NCBI GenBank assembly: GCA_046296715.1
Contig: JBKBIN010000002.1
Coordinates: forward strand, 14,011 to 78,010
Origin: Candidatus Ratteibacteria bacterium
GTDB taxonomy: Bacteria > Ratteibacteria > UBA8468 > B48-G9 > JAFGKM01
DNA: 64,000 nt
Direction of reading: 5' to 3'
The notes beneath the pieces are model-generated. The model made no database searches, was not told where the DNA came from, and was given only the letters and a program-made list of their open reading frames with translations. The position numbers were made by a program, and so were the translations under genes. The stretch's first letter is position 1; every line of letters starts with the position of its first letter. Positions 28,029 to 37,427 of the stretch are shown in pieces.

Positions 28029-30725
28029 ATGAACTCACAAAAAATAAAAATTTATATAAATGGAAAAGAGATAGTAACACAACAAGGTAAATTTATCTTA
28101 GAAGTTGCGTTAGAAAATAATATAGAAATCCCTCATTTGTGTTATGACAAAAGAGTATCTCCAAATGGTGCCTGCAGATTGTGTATTGTAGAAGTTGAAG
28201 GTGAAAAAAGACCCGTTGCTTCTTGTTGTTATCCTGTTTATGATGGAATGAATGTCTTTATAAACACAGAAAAAATAATAAATTATAGAAAATTAACTTT
28301 ACAACTTCTTATTTCAAACCATCCTTATGATTGTATGACATGTGAGAAAAGTGGAGATTGTTTACTTGAAAAATATGCTTATGAATATGGAATAAAGGAA
28401 GTAAATTATCAAGGAGAAAAACAGAAAATTAGAGAAAAAGACGGTAAACCATTTATAATTAGAGATTATGAAAAATGTATATTATGCGGAAGATGTGTAA
28501 AGGTATGTGAAGAGATAGTTGGAGCAAATGCAATTGATTATAAAAACAGAGGTTTTTTGACTGAAATATCAGCAGGATTTGATCAAATATTGAAAGATAC
28601 AGAATGTTTATTTTGTGGAAATTGTATTGAAGTATGTCCTGTTGGTGCATTAAGAGAGATGTATTCTGAAAGAAAAGGAAGGGTTTGGGAATTTAAAAAA
28701 GTAAATACAATATGTCCTTATTGTGGTGTTGGCTGTGGAATAGTTGTTTATGTTAAAGATAATCAAATTATTAAAATAAAAGGAGATGAACAAAGCCCTG
28801 TAAATAATGGATTTTTATGCATTAAAGGGAAATTTGGTTTTGAATATGTTGATTCAGAAAACCGTATAAAAAAACCATTGATAAAAGAAAATGGAAAATT
28901 TAAGGAAGTATCTTGGGAAAATGCAATTAATTTTGTTTATGAAAAATTGAAATACTATAAAGAAAAATATGGACCTTATTCAATTGCTGGTCTTTCTTCT
29001 GCAAAATGTACAAATGAAGAAAATTATCTATTTCAGAAGTTTTTCAGAGTTGTTCTAAAATCTAATAATATTGACCATTGTGCTCGCCTTTGTCATTCTT
29101 CAACAGTAATTGGTCTTTCTAAAACTCTTGGTTCTGCTGCAATGAGCAATTCTCTTGAAGAAATTGAAAAATATTCAGATTGTATAATTATAACTGGAAC
29201 AAATTTAACAGAAACACAGCCTGTCACATCTTATAGGATTAGAAAGGCAAAAGAAAAAGGTGCAAAAGTTATAGTTATAGATCCAAGAGAAATTGAAATA
29301 TCTAAAATTGCAGATATATATATTCAACCAAGATATGGAACAGATGTTATTGTTTTTAATGGAATTGCAAAGATTATAATTGATGAGAAACTTTATAATG
29401 AAAAGTTTGTTGAAGAACGGACAGAAAATTTTCAAGAATATAAAAACTTTATAGAAAAATTTGATTTATCACTTGTTGAAAAAATTGCAAATGTAAAGAT
29501 TGAAGATTTAAGAAAAGTTGCATATCTTTATTCAAAATCAAAATCAAGTGTAATTCTTTGGGCAATGGGTATAACCCAGCATATAACAGGTACAGAAAAT
29601 GTATTTTGTCTATCAAATTTAGCACTTTTAACTGGCCAAATTGGGAAAAAAGGTGCAGGACTTGCTCCTTTAAGAGGGCAAAACAATGTCCAAGGTGCAT
29701 GTGATATGGGATGTCTTCCTGAATTTTATCCAGGATATAAAAGTGTCTCTGATAAAAATACAATTATTGAATTTGAAAATATTTGGAATGAAAAAAATCT
29801 ACCTGATAAAATTGGATTTACTGTTGTTGAAATGTTTGAGAATATATTTAAAGGGAACATTAAAGCAATGTATATTATAGGTGAAATGCCTTTGGTTTCT
29901 GATCCAGATATATTACATATAAAAGAAGGGCTTGAAAAACTTGAATTTCTTGTTGTTCAGGATATTTTATTTAATGATTTATGCGAATATGCGGATGTAA
30001 TTCTTCCTGCTTGTTCTTCTTTTGAAAAAGAAGGAACTTTTACAAATACTGAAAGGAGAGTTCAAAAAATATCTAAATCTATTGAAAATTATTCAGAGGC
30101 AAAACCTGATTGGTGGATTGTAAATGAAATCGCAAAAAAATTTGGATATGATTGGGGTTATAAAGATGTTTGGGATATTTTAAGAGAAATAAATTCAGTA
30201 ATTGAAAGTTATAAAGGGATTACACCTGAAAGAGTCAAAAAGGGAAAAAAAATACAGTGGCCTTGTTTTTCAGAAAATGACAATGGAACAGAAACATTAC
30301 ATATTGAAAAATTTAAAAGAGGAAAAGGACTTTTTAAAATTGTTGAATATAAAGAGCCATTTGAATTACCTGATGATAAGTATCCATATTTATTAACAAC
30401 AGGAAGAATTTTACAAGAATATCATTCAAGAACTATGACAGGAAAGACAAAAGGAATAAAAGATATTGTTGGAGATGAGTTTTTTGTCATGAATCCATTA
30501 GATGCTGTAAATGAGAATATTAAAGAAGGAGATAAAGTTAGAATTGAATCAAAAAGAGGAGTTGTAGAGTTGAAAGCAAAATTAAGTAATAAAATTCAGA
30601 AAGGTGTTATATTTATTCCATTTCATTTTTATGCAAACATATTAACCCATCATGAAATTGATCCATATTCAAAAATTCCTGAATTTAAAATATGTGCTGT
30701 TAGAATTTCTAAAATTAAAAAATGA
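28029..30725 (+). CDS. fdhA: Formate dehydrogenase catalytic (alpha) subunit, molybdopterin-dependent, cysteine-type (no selenocysteine)
   Basis: N-terminal NuoG-like 2Fe-2S/4Fe-4S region. CPYCGVGCGIVVYVKD...GFLCIKGKFG. Active-site stretch IDHCARLCHSSTVIGL aligns to E. coli FdhF VDCCARVUHGPSVAGL, with a Cys codon TGT at 29091..29093 at the Sec position. Confidence 0.85.
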   Translation: MNSQKIKIYINGKEIVTQQGKFILEVALENNIEIPHLCYDKRVSPNGACRLCIVEVEGEKRPVASCCYPVYDGMNVFINTEKIINYRKLTLQLLISNHPYDCMTCEKSGDCLLEKYAYEYGIKEVNYQGEKQKIREKDGKPFIIRDYEKCILCGRCVKVCEEIVGANAIDYKNRGFLTEISAGFDQILKDTECLFCGNCIEVCPVGALREMYSERKGRVWEFKKVNTICPYCGVGCGIVVYVKDNQIIKIKGDEQSPVNNGFLCIKGKFGFEYVDSENRIKKPLIKENGKFKEVSWENAINFVYEKLKYYKEKYGPYSIAGLSSAKCTNEENYLFQKFFRVVLKSNNIDHCARLCHSSTVIGLSKTLGSAAMSNSLEEIEKYSDCIIITGTNLTETQPVTSYRIRKAKEKGAKVIVIDPREIEISKIADIYIQPRYGTDVIVFNGIAKIIIDEKLYNEKFVEERTENFQEYKNFIEKFDLSLVEKIANVKIEDLRKVAYLYSKSKSSVILWAMGITQHITGTENVFCLSNLALLTGQIGKKGAGLAPLRGQNNVQGACDMGCLPEFYPGYKSVSDKNTIIEFENIWNEKNLPDKIGFTVVEMFENIFKGNIKAMYIIGEMPLVSDPDILHIKEGLEKLEFLVVQDILFNDLCEYADVILPACSSFEKEGTFTNTERRVQKISKSIENYSEAKPDWWIVNEIAKKFGYDWGYKDVWDILREINSVIESYKGITPERVKKGKKIQWPCFSENDNGTETLHIEKFKRGKGLFKIVEYKEPFELPDDKYPYLLTTGRILQEYHSRTMTGKTKGIKDIVGDEFFVMNPLDAVNENIKEGDKVRIESKRGVVELKAKLSNKIQKGVIFIPFHFYANILTHHEIDPYSKIPEFKICAVRISKIKK

Positions 30726-31348
30726 ATGGACTAATTCTTGCAAAAGGAGAAAAAAGTGAAAGATTGAATTTTGACAAAGCATTTATAAAGTTTGAAAATA
30801 AAAAAGTTATAGAGATTATTATTGAAAAGATAAGTCCTTTATTTGAAGAGATTTATATTGTTACTCTTTCTCCTTATAAGTTTAGGATTTATGAGAATCA
30901 AAAGATAAAAATTGTAAAAGATGCTCTTGGTTGTGGTCCTCTTGGCGGAATTTATACTGGTTTAAATATTTCAAAAAGTATTTACAATTTTGTTTTTGCC
31001 TGCGATTTACCTTTTTTAGATATTGATTTTATTAAATATATGATGAAGATTGAAAAAAATTATGATATACTTGTCCCAGTTTATAAAAATAAATTCCAAC
31101 TTTTACACTCAATCTATAGTAGGAAAATTATAAAAACAATTGAAGATATGCTGAATAAAAAAAAATATACTGTTAGAGAAATTTTGAACAGAGTAAATGT
31201 TAAGTATATCCCTGAAGTCGAAATAAAAAATTTTACCAAAAATTTTAATGTCTTTTTCAATCTTAATACAGAAGATGACCTTAAGAAATTTTTGAAATTA
31301 GAAAGGAGTTTTTATGGAAGAATTAATCTCTGTAAAAGAAGCAATTGA
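30722..31348 (+). CDS. mobA: Molybdenum cofactor guanylyltransferase MobA
   Basis: MNGLILAKGEKSERL... is MobA-like nucleotidyltransferase. Positioned directly after fdhA. Confidence 0.6.
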   Translation: MNGLILAKGEKSERLNFDKAFIKFENKKVIEIIIEKISPLFEEIYIVTLSPYKFRIYENQKIKIVKDALGCGPLGGIYTGLNISKSIYNFVFACDLPFLDIDFIKYMMKIEKNYDILVPVYKNKFQLLHSIYSRKIIKTIEDMLNKKKYTVREILNRVNVKYIPEVEIKNFTKNFNVFFNLNTEDDLKKFLKLERSFYGRINLCKRSN

Positions 31349-32528
31349 TATTGTATTAAAAGAAACGGAAATTTTAGGAGCTGAAAAGGTTAAAATAATA
31401 AACTCAATTGGAAGAATTATTGCAGAAGATATTATATCTCCTTTTGATATGCCTCCGTTTAGAAGAAGTGCTATGGATGGATATGCTATTAAATATGACG
31501 ATTTAAATTTTACAGATAGATTTGAGATAATTGATGAGATTAAGTCAGGAGAAATAAAAGATATTAAATATAAAAAAGGTTCATGTGTTTTAATAATGAC
31601 TGGTGCAAAAATACCAGATATTTTTGATACAGTTGTTAAATTTGAAGATACAGAGGAAGTTTTTAATAATCAAAAAAGGGAAATAAGAATTTTAAAAAAG
31701 ATAAAGAAATTTGAAAACATTGCAGAAAAAGGAGAAGATTTTAAAAAAGGAGAAATAATTTTAAATAAAGGAAGTTTAATTGATAGCGCTTTTCTTGCTA
31801 TTCTTGCCTACTGTGGGAAAAGTGAAATTTTAGTTTATAAAAAACCAAAAGTTGGAATAATAGCAACTGGTGACGAAATAAAAAAAATTGGTGAAAAATT
31901 GAAAGAAGGAGAAATATATGATTGTAATTCTTACTCTATTTATGGACTTGTTTTAAAATATGGAGGACAACCTGAAATTCTTGGTATTGCAAAGGATAAC
32001 AAAAAAGAATTAAAAAATTTAATTGAAGAAGGAATTAAAAAGAAAAAAGATATTTTAATTTTATCAGGTGGAGTTAGTGAAGGAAAATATGATTTTGTTG
32101 TTAACGTCTTTAAAGAAATTGGAATTGATATGAAATTTTGGAAAGTTGCAGTGAAACCAGGTAAACCAACATTTTTTGGTAAAAAAGGAAGTTGTCTAAT
32201 CTTTGGACTTCCAGGATATCCAGTTTCTGCATATATTAATTTTGAGAATCTAATAAGACCTGCAATTTTAAAAATGCAAGGAGCAAATACTTTTGAAAGA
32301 TTTAAAGTTTTAGGAATTCTAACAGAAGATATAGAGAATAAAGGAGATAGAGATGAATTTTTAAGGGTTATATTGAAAATTGAAAATGACGAAAATATTG
32401 TAATTCCATATAAAAAACAGAAATCAGGTGTCTTTACATCAATAACTTCAACAAATGCTCTTTTATATTTGAAAAAAGGGGAAAAAATAAAAAAGGGAGA
32501 AAAAGTAATCGTTGAAATTTATAGATAA
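31314..32528 (+). CDS. moeA: Molybdopterin molybdenumtransferase MoeA
   Basis: MPPFRRSAMDGYA, and GGVSEGKYDFV of the MoeA/gephyrin E-domain. Confidence 0.8.
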   Translation: MEELISVKEAIDIVLKETEILGAEKVKIINSIGRIIAEDIISPFDMPPFRRSAMDGYAIKYDDLNFTDRFEIIDEIKSGEIKDIKYKKGSCVLIMTGAKIPDIFDTVVKFEDTEEVFNNQKREIRILKKIKKFENIAEKGEDFKKGEIILNKGSLIDSAFLAILAYCGKSEILVYKKPKVGIIATGDEIKKIGEKLKEGEIYDCNSYSIYGLVLKYGGQPEILGIAKDNKKELKNLIEEGIKKKKDILILSGGVSEGKYDFVVNVFKEIGIDMKFWKVAVKPGKPTFFGKKGSCLIFGLPGYPVSAYINFENLIRPAILKMQGANTFERFKVLGILTEDIENKGDRDEFLRVILKIENDENIVIPYKKQKSGVFTSITSTNALLYLKKGEKIKKGEKVIVEIYR

Positions 32529-32545
32529 ATTAAAATGGAGGAAAA

Positions 32546-34744
32546 ATGGAAAAGAAATATGAACTTGTTGTTTGCGGAGGAGGACTTGCAGGTGTATGTG
32601 CAGCCTTATCGGGTAAGAGATTAGGTCTATCTACCTGTATAATTCAGGATAGACCTGTTTTTGGTGGAAATGCAAGTTCTGAAATAAGAGTAAACATTGG
32701 AGGTGCTTGTGCTTTCAATGCATGGGCAAGAGAAACAGGAATTATTAACGAAATTTTTCTTGAAGAGAGAAAAAGGAATTATGAATATCATAGAACTACC
32801 TGGAATAATGGCATTCTTGATATTGTCTTATATGAGTTTTTGAAAAATGAGGAAGTTGCAATATATCTTAATACTTCAATTCGCAAGGCAATTATGAAAT
32901 CAAAAGAAGAGATAGAAGGTGTATATTGTGTTCAACTTGGAAATGAGAAAGAATTTATTATTTATGGCGATTATTTTATTGATGCAACTGGTGATGGAGT
33001 TGTTGGTTTTACATCTGGAGCAGAATTCAGAATTGGAAGAGAAAGTAAATATGAGTATGGAGAAGAACTTGCACCTGAAAAAGAAGATATGGGGATTATG
33101 GGAAATTCACTTTTATTTCATATTAGAGATGTTGGAAGACCTATTAAATTTGTTCCACCTACATGGGCAGTTAAATTTGAAAAGGAAGATATAACATTAA
33201 AAACAAGAGCACATAATTATCAACCAGGATACTGGTGGATTGAAGTTGGATGGCCTTTTGATACAATTTATGATAATGAAGAGATAAAAGAAAAACTACT
33301 TTCATATGTTTTTGGTGTTTGGGACCATATGAAGAATTCAGAAGACCATGGATTCAGTAATTATGTTATTGACTGGATTGGTATGGTCCCTGGAAAAAGA
33401 GAATCAAGAAGGTTTATAGGAGATTATATTTTAAATGAAAATGATATTAAAAAAAGGAAAAAATTTGAAGATGCAATTGCCTATGGTGGATGGTATATTG
33501 ATTTACATACTCCTGGTGGGATTTTAGCAAAAGACCAACCTCCTGAACCAACTCATCAAGTAGAAAGAGAAAAAAGAATAGAGGAACAGGATAGAAGATT
33601 TGTTTATATTTACCAGATACCTTATAGATGCATTTACTCAAAAAATATAAAGAATTTACTTTTTGCAGGAAGAAATATAAGTGTTAGCCATGTAGCACTT
33701 GGAACAACAAGATTGATGGGAACATGTGCAATAATAGGTCAGGCAGCAGGAACTGCTGTTTATCTATGCAAAAAATATAATTTTTCCCCAAGGGAGATTT
33801 ATGAAAAAGGATACTATAAAGAATTACAACAGATATTATTAAGAGAAGGTTGTTTTATACCTGATATAAAAAATGAAGACAAAAAAGATTTAATCTTAAA
33901 TTCAAAAATTTCTTCCTCCTCATCAAAACCTTTAAAATTTGAAAGATTTGATGGTGAAATTAAACTTGATATTCCAACCGGACAGAAAATCCCTCTTGAT
34001 GGAAAAATTGAAAAGATTAAATTTAAATGCAGAATAGAAAAAGAAACTTTTTTAAAATTTCATTTAAGAAGTTCTTATGATTTGTGGGATTTTAATTCCG
34101 AACAAGATATTCTATACAAAGAAATAAATCTTAAAAAGTCAGAACAAGAAATAATTATTGATATAAATTCTGAATTTAAGAAAGGAATATACTGGTTTTA
34201 TTTTGAAAAAAATGAAAATGTCTATTTAAAAACAACAACTGAAAACTTCCCTGGTTTATCTTTGATTACAAAACCTGGTAAAAAATGGAGATTTAATTGG
34301 TGTTCAAAAAGGATTAATTTATATTTTGAGATAGAACCAAATATTTATCCTTTTGGAGCTGAAAATATAATAAATGGTGTTTCAAGACCTGAAAAATGGA
34401 CAAATGTCTGGATTTCTGATAAAACTTTACCACAGTTTATTGAAATTGAGTTTGATAAGGAAAAAGAATTTAATTATATTCAATTTATTTTTGATTCAGA
34501 ACTTGATAAAGAATATACCCACATTGAACCATTTTATATTCCAAAAAGTATTCCGAGGGATTTCAATATTTATATTGAAGATAGAAACAAATGGAATAAA
34601 ATTTTAGAAATTCATGATAATACTTCTTACTTCTGCAAATATAAGTTTGAAACAGTAAAAAGTAAAAAAATCAGAATTGAATTTTTAAAAACAAATGGAA
34701 GTGAAAATATAATGGTTTATGAAGTAAGAATTTATAAATTTTAA
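32546..34744 (+). CDS. FAD-dependent oxidoreductase (FAD_oxidored family) with a C-terminal beta-sandwich extension
   Basis: YELVVCGGGLAGVCAALSGKRLGLSTCIIQDRPVFGGNASSE carries the dinucleotide-binding GxGxxG. A 280-aa C-terminal non-catalytic region (possible discoidin/CBM-like). Confidence 0.55.
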   Translation: MEKKYELVVCGGGLAGVCAALSGKRLGLSTCIIQDRPVFGGNASSEIRVNIGGACAFNAWARETGIINEIFLEERKRNYEYHRTTWNNGILDIVLYEFLKNEEVAIYLNTSIRKAIMKSKEEIEGVYCVQLGNEKEFIIYGDYFIDATGDGVVGFTSGAEFRIGRESKYEYGEELAPEKEDMGIMGNSLLFHIRDVGRPIKFVPPTWAVKFEKEDITLKTRAHNYQPGYWWIEVGWPFDTIYDNEEIKEKLLSYVFGVWDHMKNSEDHGFSNYVIDWIGMVPGKRESRRFIGDYILNENDIKKRKKFEDAIAYGGWYIDLHTPGGILAKDQPPEPTHQVEREKRIEEQDRRFVYIYQIPYRCIYSKNIKNLLFAGRNISVSHVALGTTRLMGTCAIIGQAAGTAVYLCKKYNFSPREIYEKGYYKELQQILLREGCFIPDIKNEDKKDLILNSKISSSSSKPLKFERFDGEIKLDIPTGQKIPLDGKIEKIKFKCRIEKETFLKFHLRSSYDLWDFNSEQDILYKEINLKKSEQEIIIDINSEFKKGIYWFYFEKNENVYLKTTTENFPGLSLITKPGKKWRFNWCSKRINLYFEIEPNIYPFGAENIINGVSRPEKWTNVWISDKTLPQFIEIEFDKEKEFNYIQFIFDSELDKEYTHIEPFYIPKSIPRDFNIYIEDRNKWNKILEIHDNTSYFCKYKFETVKSKKIRIEFLKTNGSENIMVYEVRIYKF

Positions 34745-34759
34745 AAAAGGAGGTTTGAA

Positions 34760-35527
34760 ATGGGAATAAAAGAACTTTTCAATCTTGAAGGAGAAAAAGC
34801 AATTGTAACAGGTGCATCTCAAGGGCTTGGAAGAGAAATGGCAATTGCTCTTGCTGAAGCAGGTGCTGATATTGCTGTTGTTGATATAAATCAAGAAAAA
34901 GGGGAAAAAGTTGTTGAAGAAATAAAAAAAATAGGAAAAGAAGGTTTTTTTGTAAAATGTGATGTCTCAAAAGAAGATGAAGTTGAAAATATGATAAATA
35001 AAGTTAAAGAAAATTTTGGAAAAATTGACATTCTTGTTAATAACGCAGGAATTGTAAGCAATTATCCAGCAGAAGAAATGGAATTAAAAGAATGGGATAG
35101 AATTTTAGATGTTGACCTTAGGGCTGTTTTTATTTGCTGTCAGAAAGCAGGAAAAGTTATGATAGAACAAAAAAAGGGAGTTATTGTTAATATTGCTTCA
35201 ATGTCAGGAATTATTGTAAATACTCCTCAGCCACAATCTCACTATAATACAGCTAAGGCAGGCGTAATTATGCTTACAAAATCACTTGCAGTTGAATGGG
35301 CAAAATATAATATAAGGGTTAATGCTATTGCTCCTGGTTATATGGGAACTGAAATGGTTCAAAAAGCATTTCCAAAATACGGAGAAAAATGGCTTTTTCT
35401 CATACCAATGGGAAGAATAGGCAATCCTGAAGAAATAAAAGGACCTATAGTATTTTTATGTTCAAAAGCATCAAGTTATATAACTGGAAGTGTTCTTGTA
35501 ATGGATGGTGGATATACTTGCTGGTAG
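34760..35527 (+). CDS. SDR-family oxidoreductase (gluconate 5-dehydrogenase / KduD-like)
   Basis: KAIVTGASQGLGREMA (TGxxxGxG). NNAG. YNTAKAGVIMLTK (YxxxK). SD AAAGGAGGT. Confidence 0.8.
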   Translation: MGIKELFNLEGEKAIVTGASQGLGREMAIALAEAGADIAVVDINQEKGEKVVEEIKKIGKEGFFVKCDVSKEDEVENMINKVKENFGKIDILVNNAGIVSNYPAEEMELKEWDRILDVDLRAVFICCQKAGKVMIEQKKGVIVNIASMSGIIVNTPQPQSHYNTAKAGVIMLTKSLAVEWAKYNIRVNAIAPGYMGTEMVQKAFPKYGEKWLFLIPMGRIGNPEEIKGPIVFLCSKASSYITGSVLVMDGGYTCW

Positions 35528-37051
35528 TCAAATAAATTCTCTATCAAGGCATCTATATTGAATTGCTTCTGAAATATGATGTGGAAGAATTTTCTCAGAT
35601 TCATCAAGATCTGCTATTGTTCTTGCTACTTTTCTTATTTTATCATATGCTCTTGCTGAAATTTTTAAATTTTCTATTGCATTTTTTAACAGTTCTTTTG
35701 CCTCATTGGTTAATATACAATATTTTTTTATTTGAGAAGAATTCATATGAGCATTGAAATATATATTTTCATTTTTAAACCTTTGCTTTTGTATTTCTCT
35801 TGCCCTTTCAACTCTTTTCCTTATACTTTCTGAGCTTTCTTCTTCATACTCTTCAAATAAAACATTTGCAGGTAAACTTGTTATTTCAATATGTATATCA
35901 ATTCTATCAAGTAATGGTCCTGACAATTTCTTTCTATACTTTAAAATCTGTGATAAAGTACAGTGACATTCTCTCTGACTATCTCCATACCAACCACAAG
36001 GACATGGATTTGTTGCTGCTACAAGTAAAAATCTTGAAGGAAATTCAATGCGACCTTTTGCTCTTGAAATATTAACTTTCCCATCTTCAAGTGGTTGTCT
36101 CAATCCTTCAAGAACATCTCTGTGAAATTCTGCCATCTCATCAAGAAACAGGACACCATTATGTGCTAAACTAACTTCCCCTGGTTTTGGAACTGCTCCA
36201 CCACCTATTAAAGCGATATCTGAAATTGTATGATGCGGACTTCTAAAAGGCCTTTCAAAAACAATAGGGTCTTTTAAAATACCACTAACTGAATGAATTT
36301 TTGTAATTTCTAACGCTTCCTGTAATGTTAAAGATGGTAAAATTGTTGGAATCCTTCTTGCTATCATTGTCTTTCCGCTGCCAGGAGAACCAATCATTAA
36401 AATATTATGTCCTCCACTTACAGCAACCTCAACTGCTCTTTTAACGTACTTCTGCCCTTTTACTTCTTTAAAATCAACATCATATTTGTTTCTTTTATTA
36501 AAAATTTCTTCAACATCTGACTTAACTGGTTTTATCTCTTTTTCTCCCATCAAAAATTCAACACATTCATTTAAATTTTTTACTGGATAAACATCAACTT
36601 CTTTTATAATTGATCCTTCAAGAGAATTCTCAAAAGGTATAATAAATTTCTTATTTCTTATTTCTTTTAACTTTAATACCATTGGTAAAATTCCAGGGAC
36701 AGATCTTATTTCACCATTTAAAGCAAGTTCGCCAACAAAATAAAACTCATCAATCTTTGACTGTTTTATTTTACCACTTGCTGCAAGTATTCCGATTGCT
36801 ATTGGTAAATCAAAATATGGTCCTTCTTTTCTTAAATCAGCAGGAGCAAGATTAACCGTGATTTTACCTGATGGAAATTCATATCCAGAGTTTTTAATTG
36901 CTGGTTTTATTCTGTCTTTACTTTCTTTAATTGCCTGGTCTGGAAGCCCAACTATTGAAATACCTGGAATACCTTTAGAAATATCAACTTCAATCTCAAC
37001 AGAATATGCTTCAATTCCCCAAATTGTAAAAGAAGATATTTTTGAAATCAT
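35528..37051 (-). CDS. comM: YifB/ComM family Mg-chelatase-like AAA+ ATPase
   Basis: N-terminal Lon-like domain SFTIWGIEAYSVEIEVDISKGIPGISIVGLPDQAIKESKDRI. Walker A GSPGSGKT. 507 aa. Confidence 0.85.
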   Translation of the reverse strand: MISKISSFTIWGIEAYSVEIEVDISKGIPGISIVGLPDQAIKESKDRIKPAIKNSGYEFPSGKITVNLAPADLRKEGPYFDLPIAIGILAASGKIKQSKIDEFYFVGELALNGEIRSVPGILPMVLKLKEIRNKKFIIPFENSLEGSIIKEVDVYPVKNLNECVEFLMGEKEIKPVKSDVEEIFNKRNKYDVDFKEVKGQKYVKRAVEVAVSGGHNILMIGSPGSGKTMIARRIPTILPSLTLQEALEITKIHSVSGILKDPIVFERPFRSPHHTISDIALIGGGAVPKPGEVSLAHNGVLFLDEMAEFHRDVLEGLRQPLEDGKVNISRAKGRIEFPSRFLLVAATNPCPCGWYGDSQRECHCTLSQILKYRKKLSGPLLDRIDIHIEITSLPANVLFEEYEEESSESIRKRVERAREIQKQRFKNENIYFNAHMNSSQIKKYCILTNEAKELLKNAIENLKISARAYDKIRKVARTIADLDESEKILPHHISEAIQYRCLDREFI

Positions 37052-37427
37052 AATTTTAATCTACATTTTTTTAATTTTCCTGTCAACTCCCTTTAACACC
37101 TTAAGTATTATTAAGTTAAATTGAAAGGTGTAACTAAAGGTTGTTTCCTGTATAGATAAGTACTAAGAACATTTTATAAATGGACACACGATATGAATTG
37201 TTTGGGATAAGTGCTTGAGGAACAAATTTATAAAAGAAGATATAGTATAATTTTCGTCGTCCAGGTCAATCGCAACTATCTTACACCTATTGAGTTTTTA
37301 TGTAAAAAAGAAAAATTTGATGGAAATGAAAAAATATGTAAAAATGTGTTTAAGAGAAAGTGTTACCTATGTACCCTATCTGTGCGTTGAATTGACATAA
37401 CTTGTAAAATGAATATAAAATTAAACT

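Noticed and set aside
36858-37124. 88-aa plus-strand ORF overlapping the comM start
   Set aside because: It overlaps the conserved ComM N-terminus in antisense and has no homology-like features.
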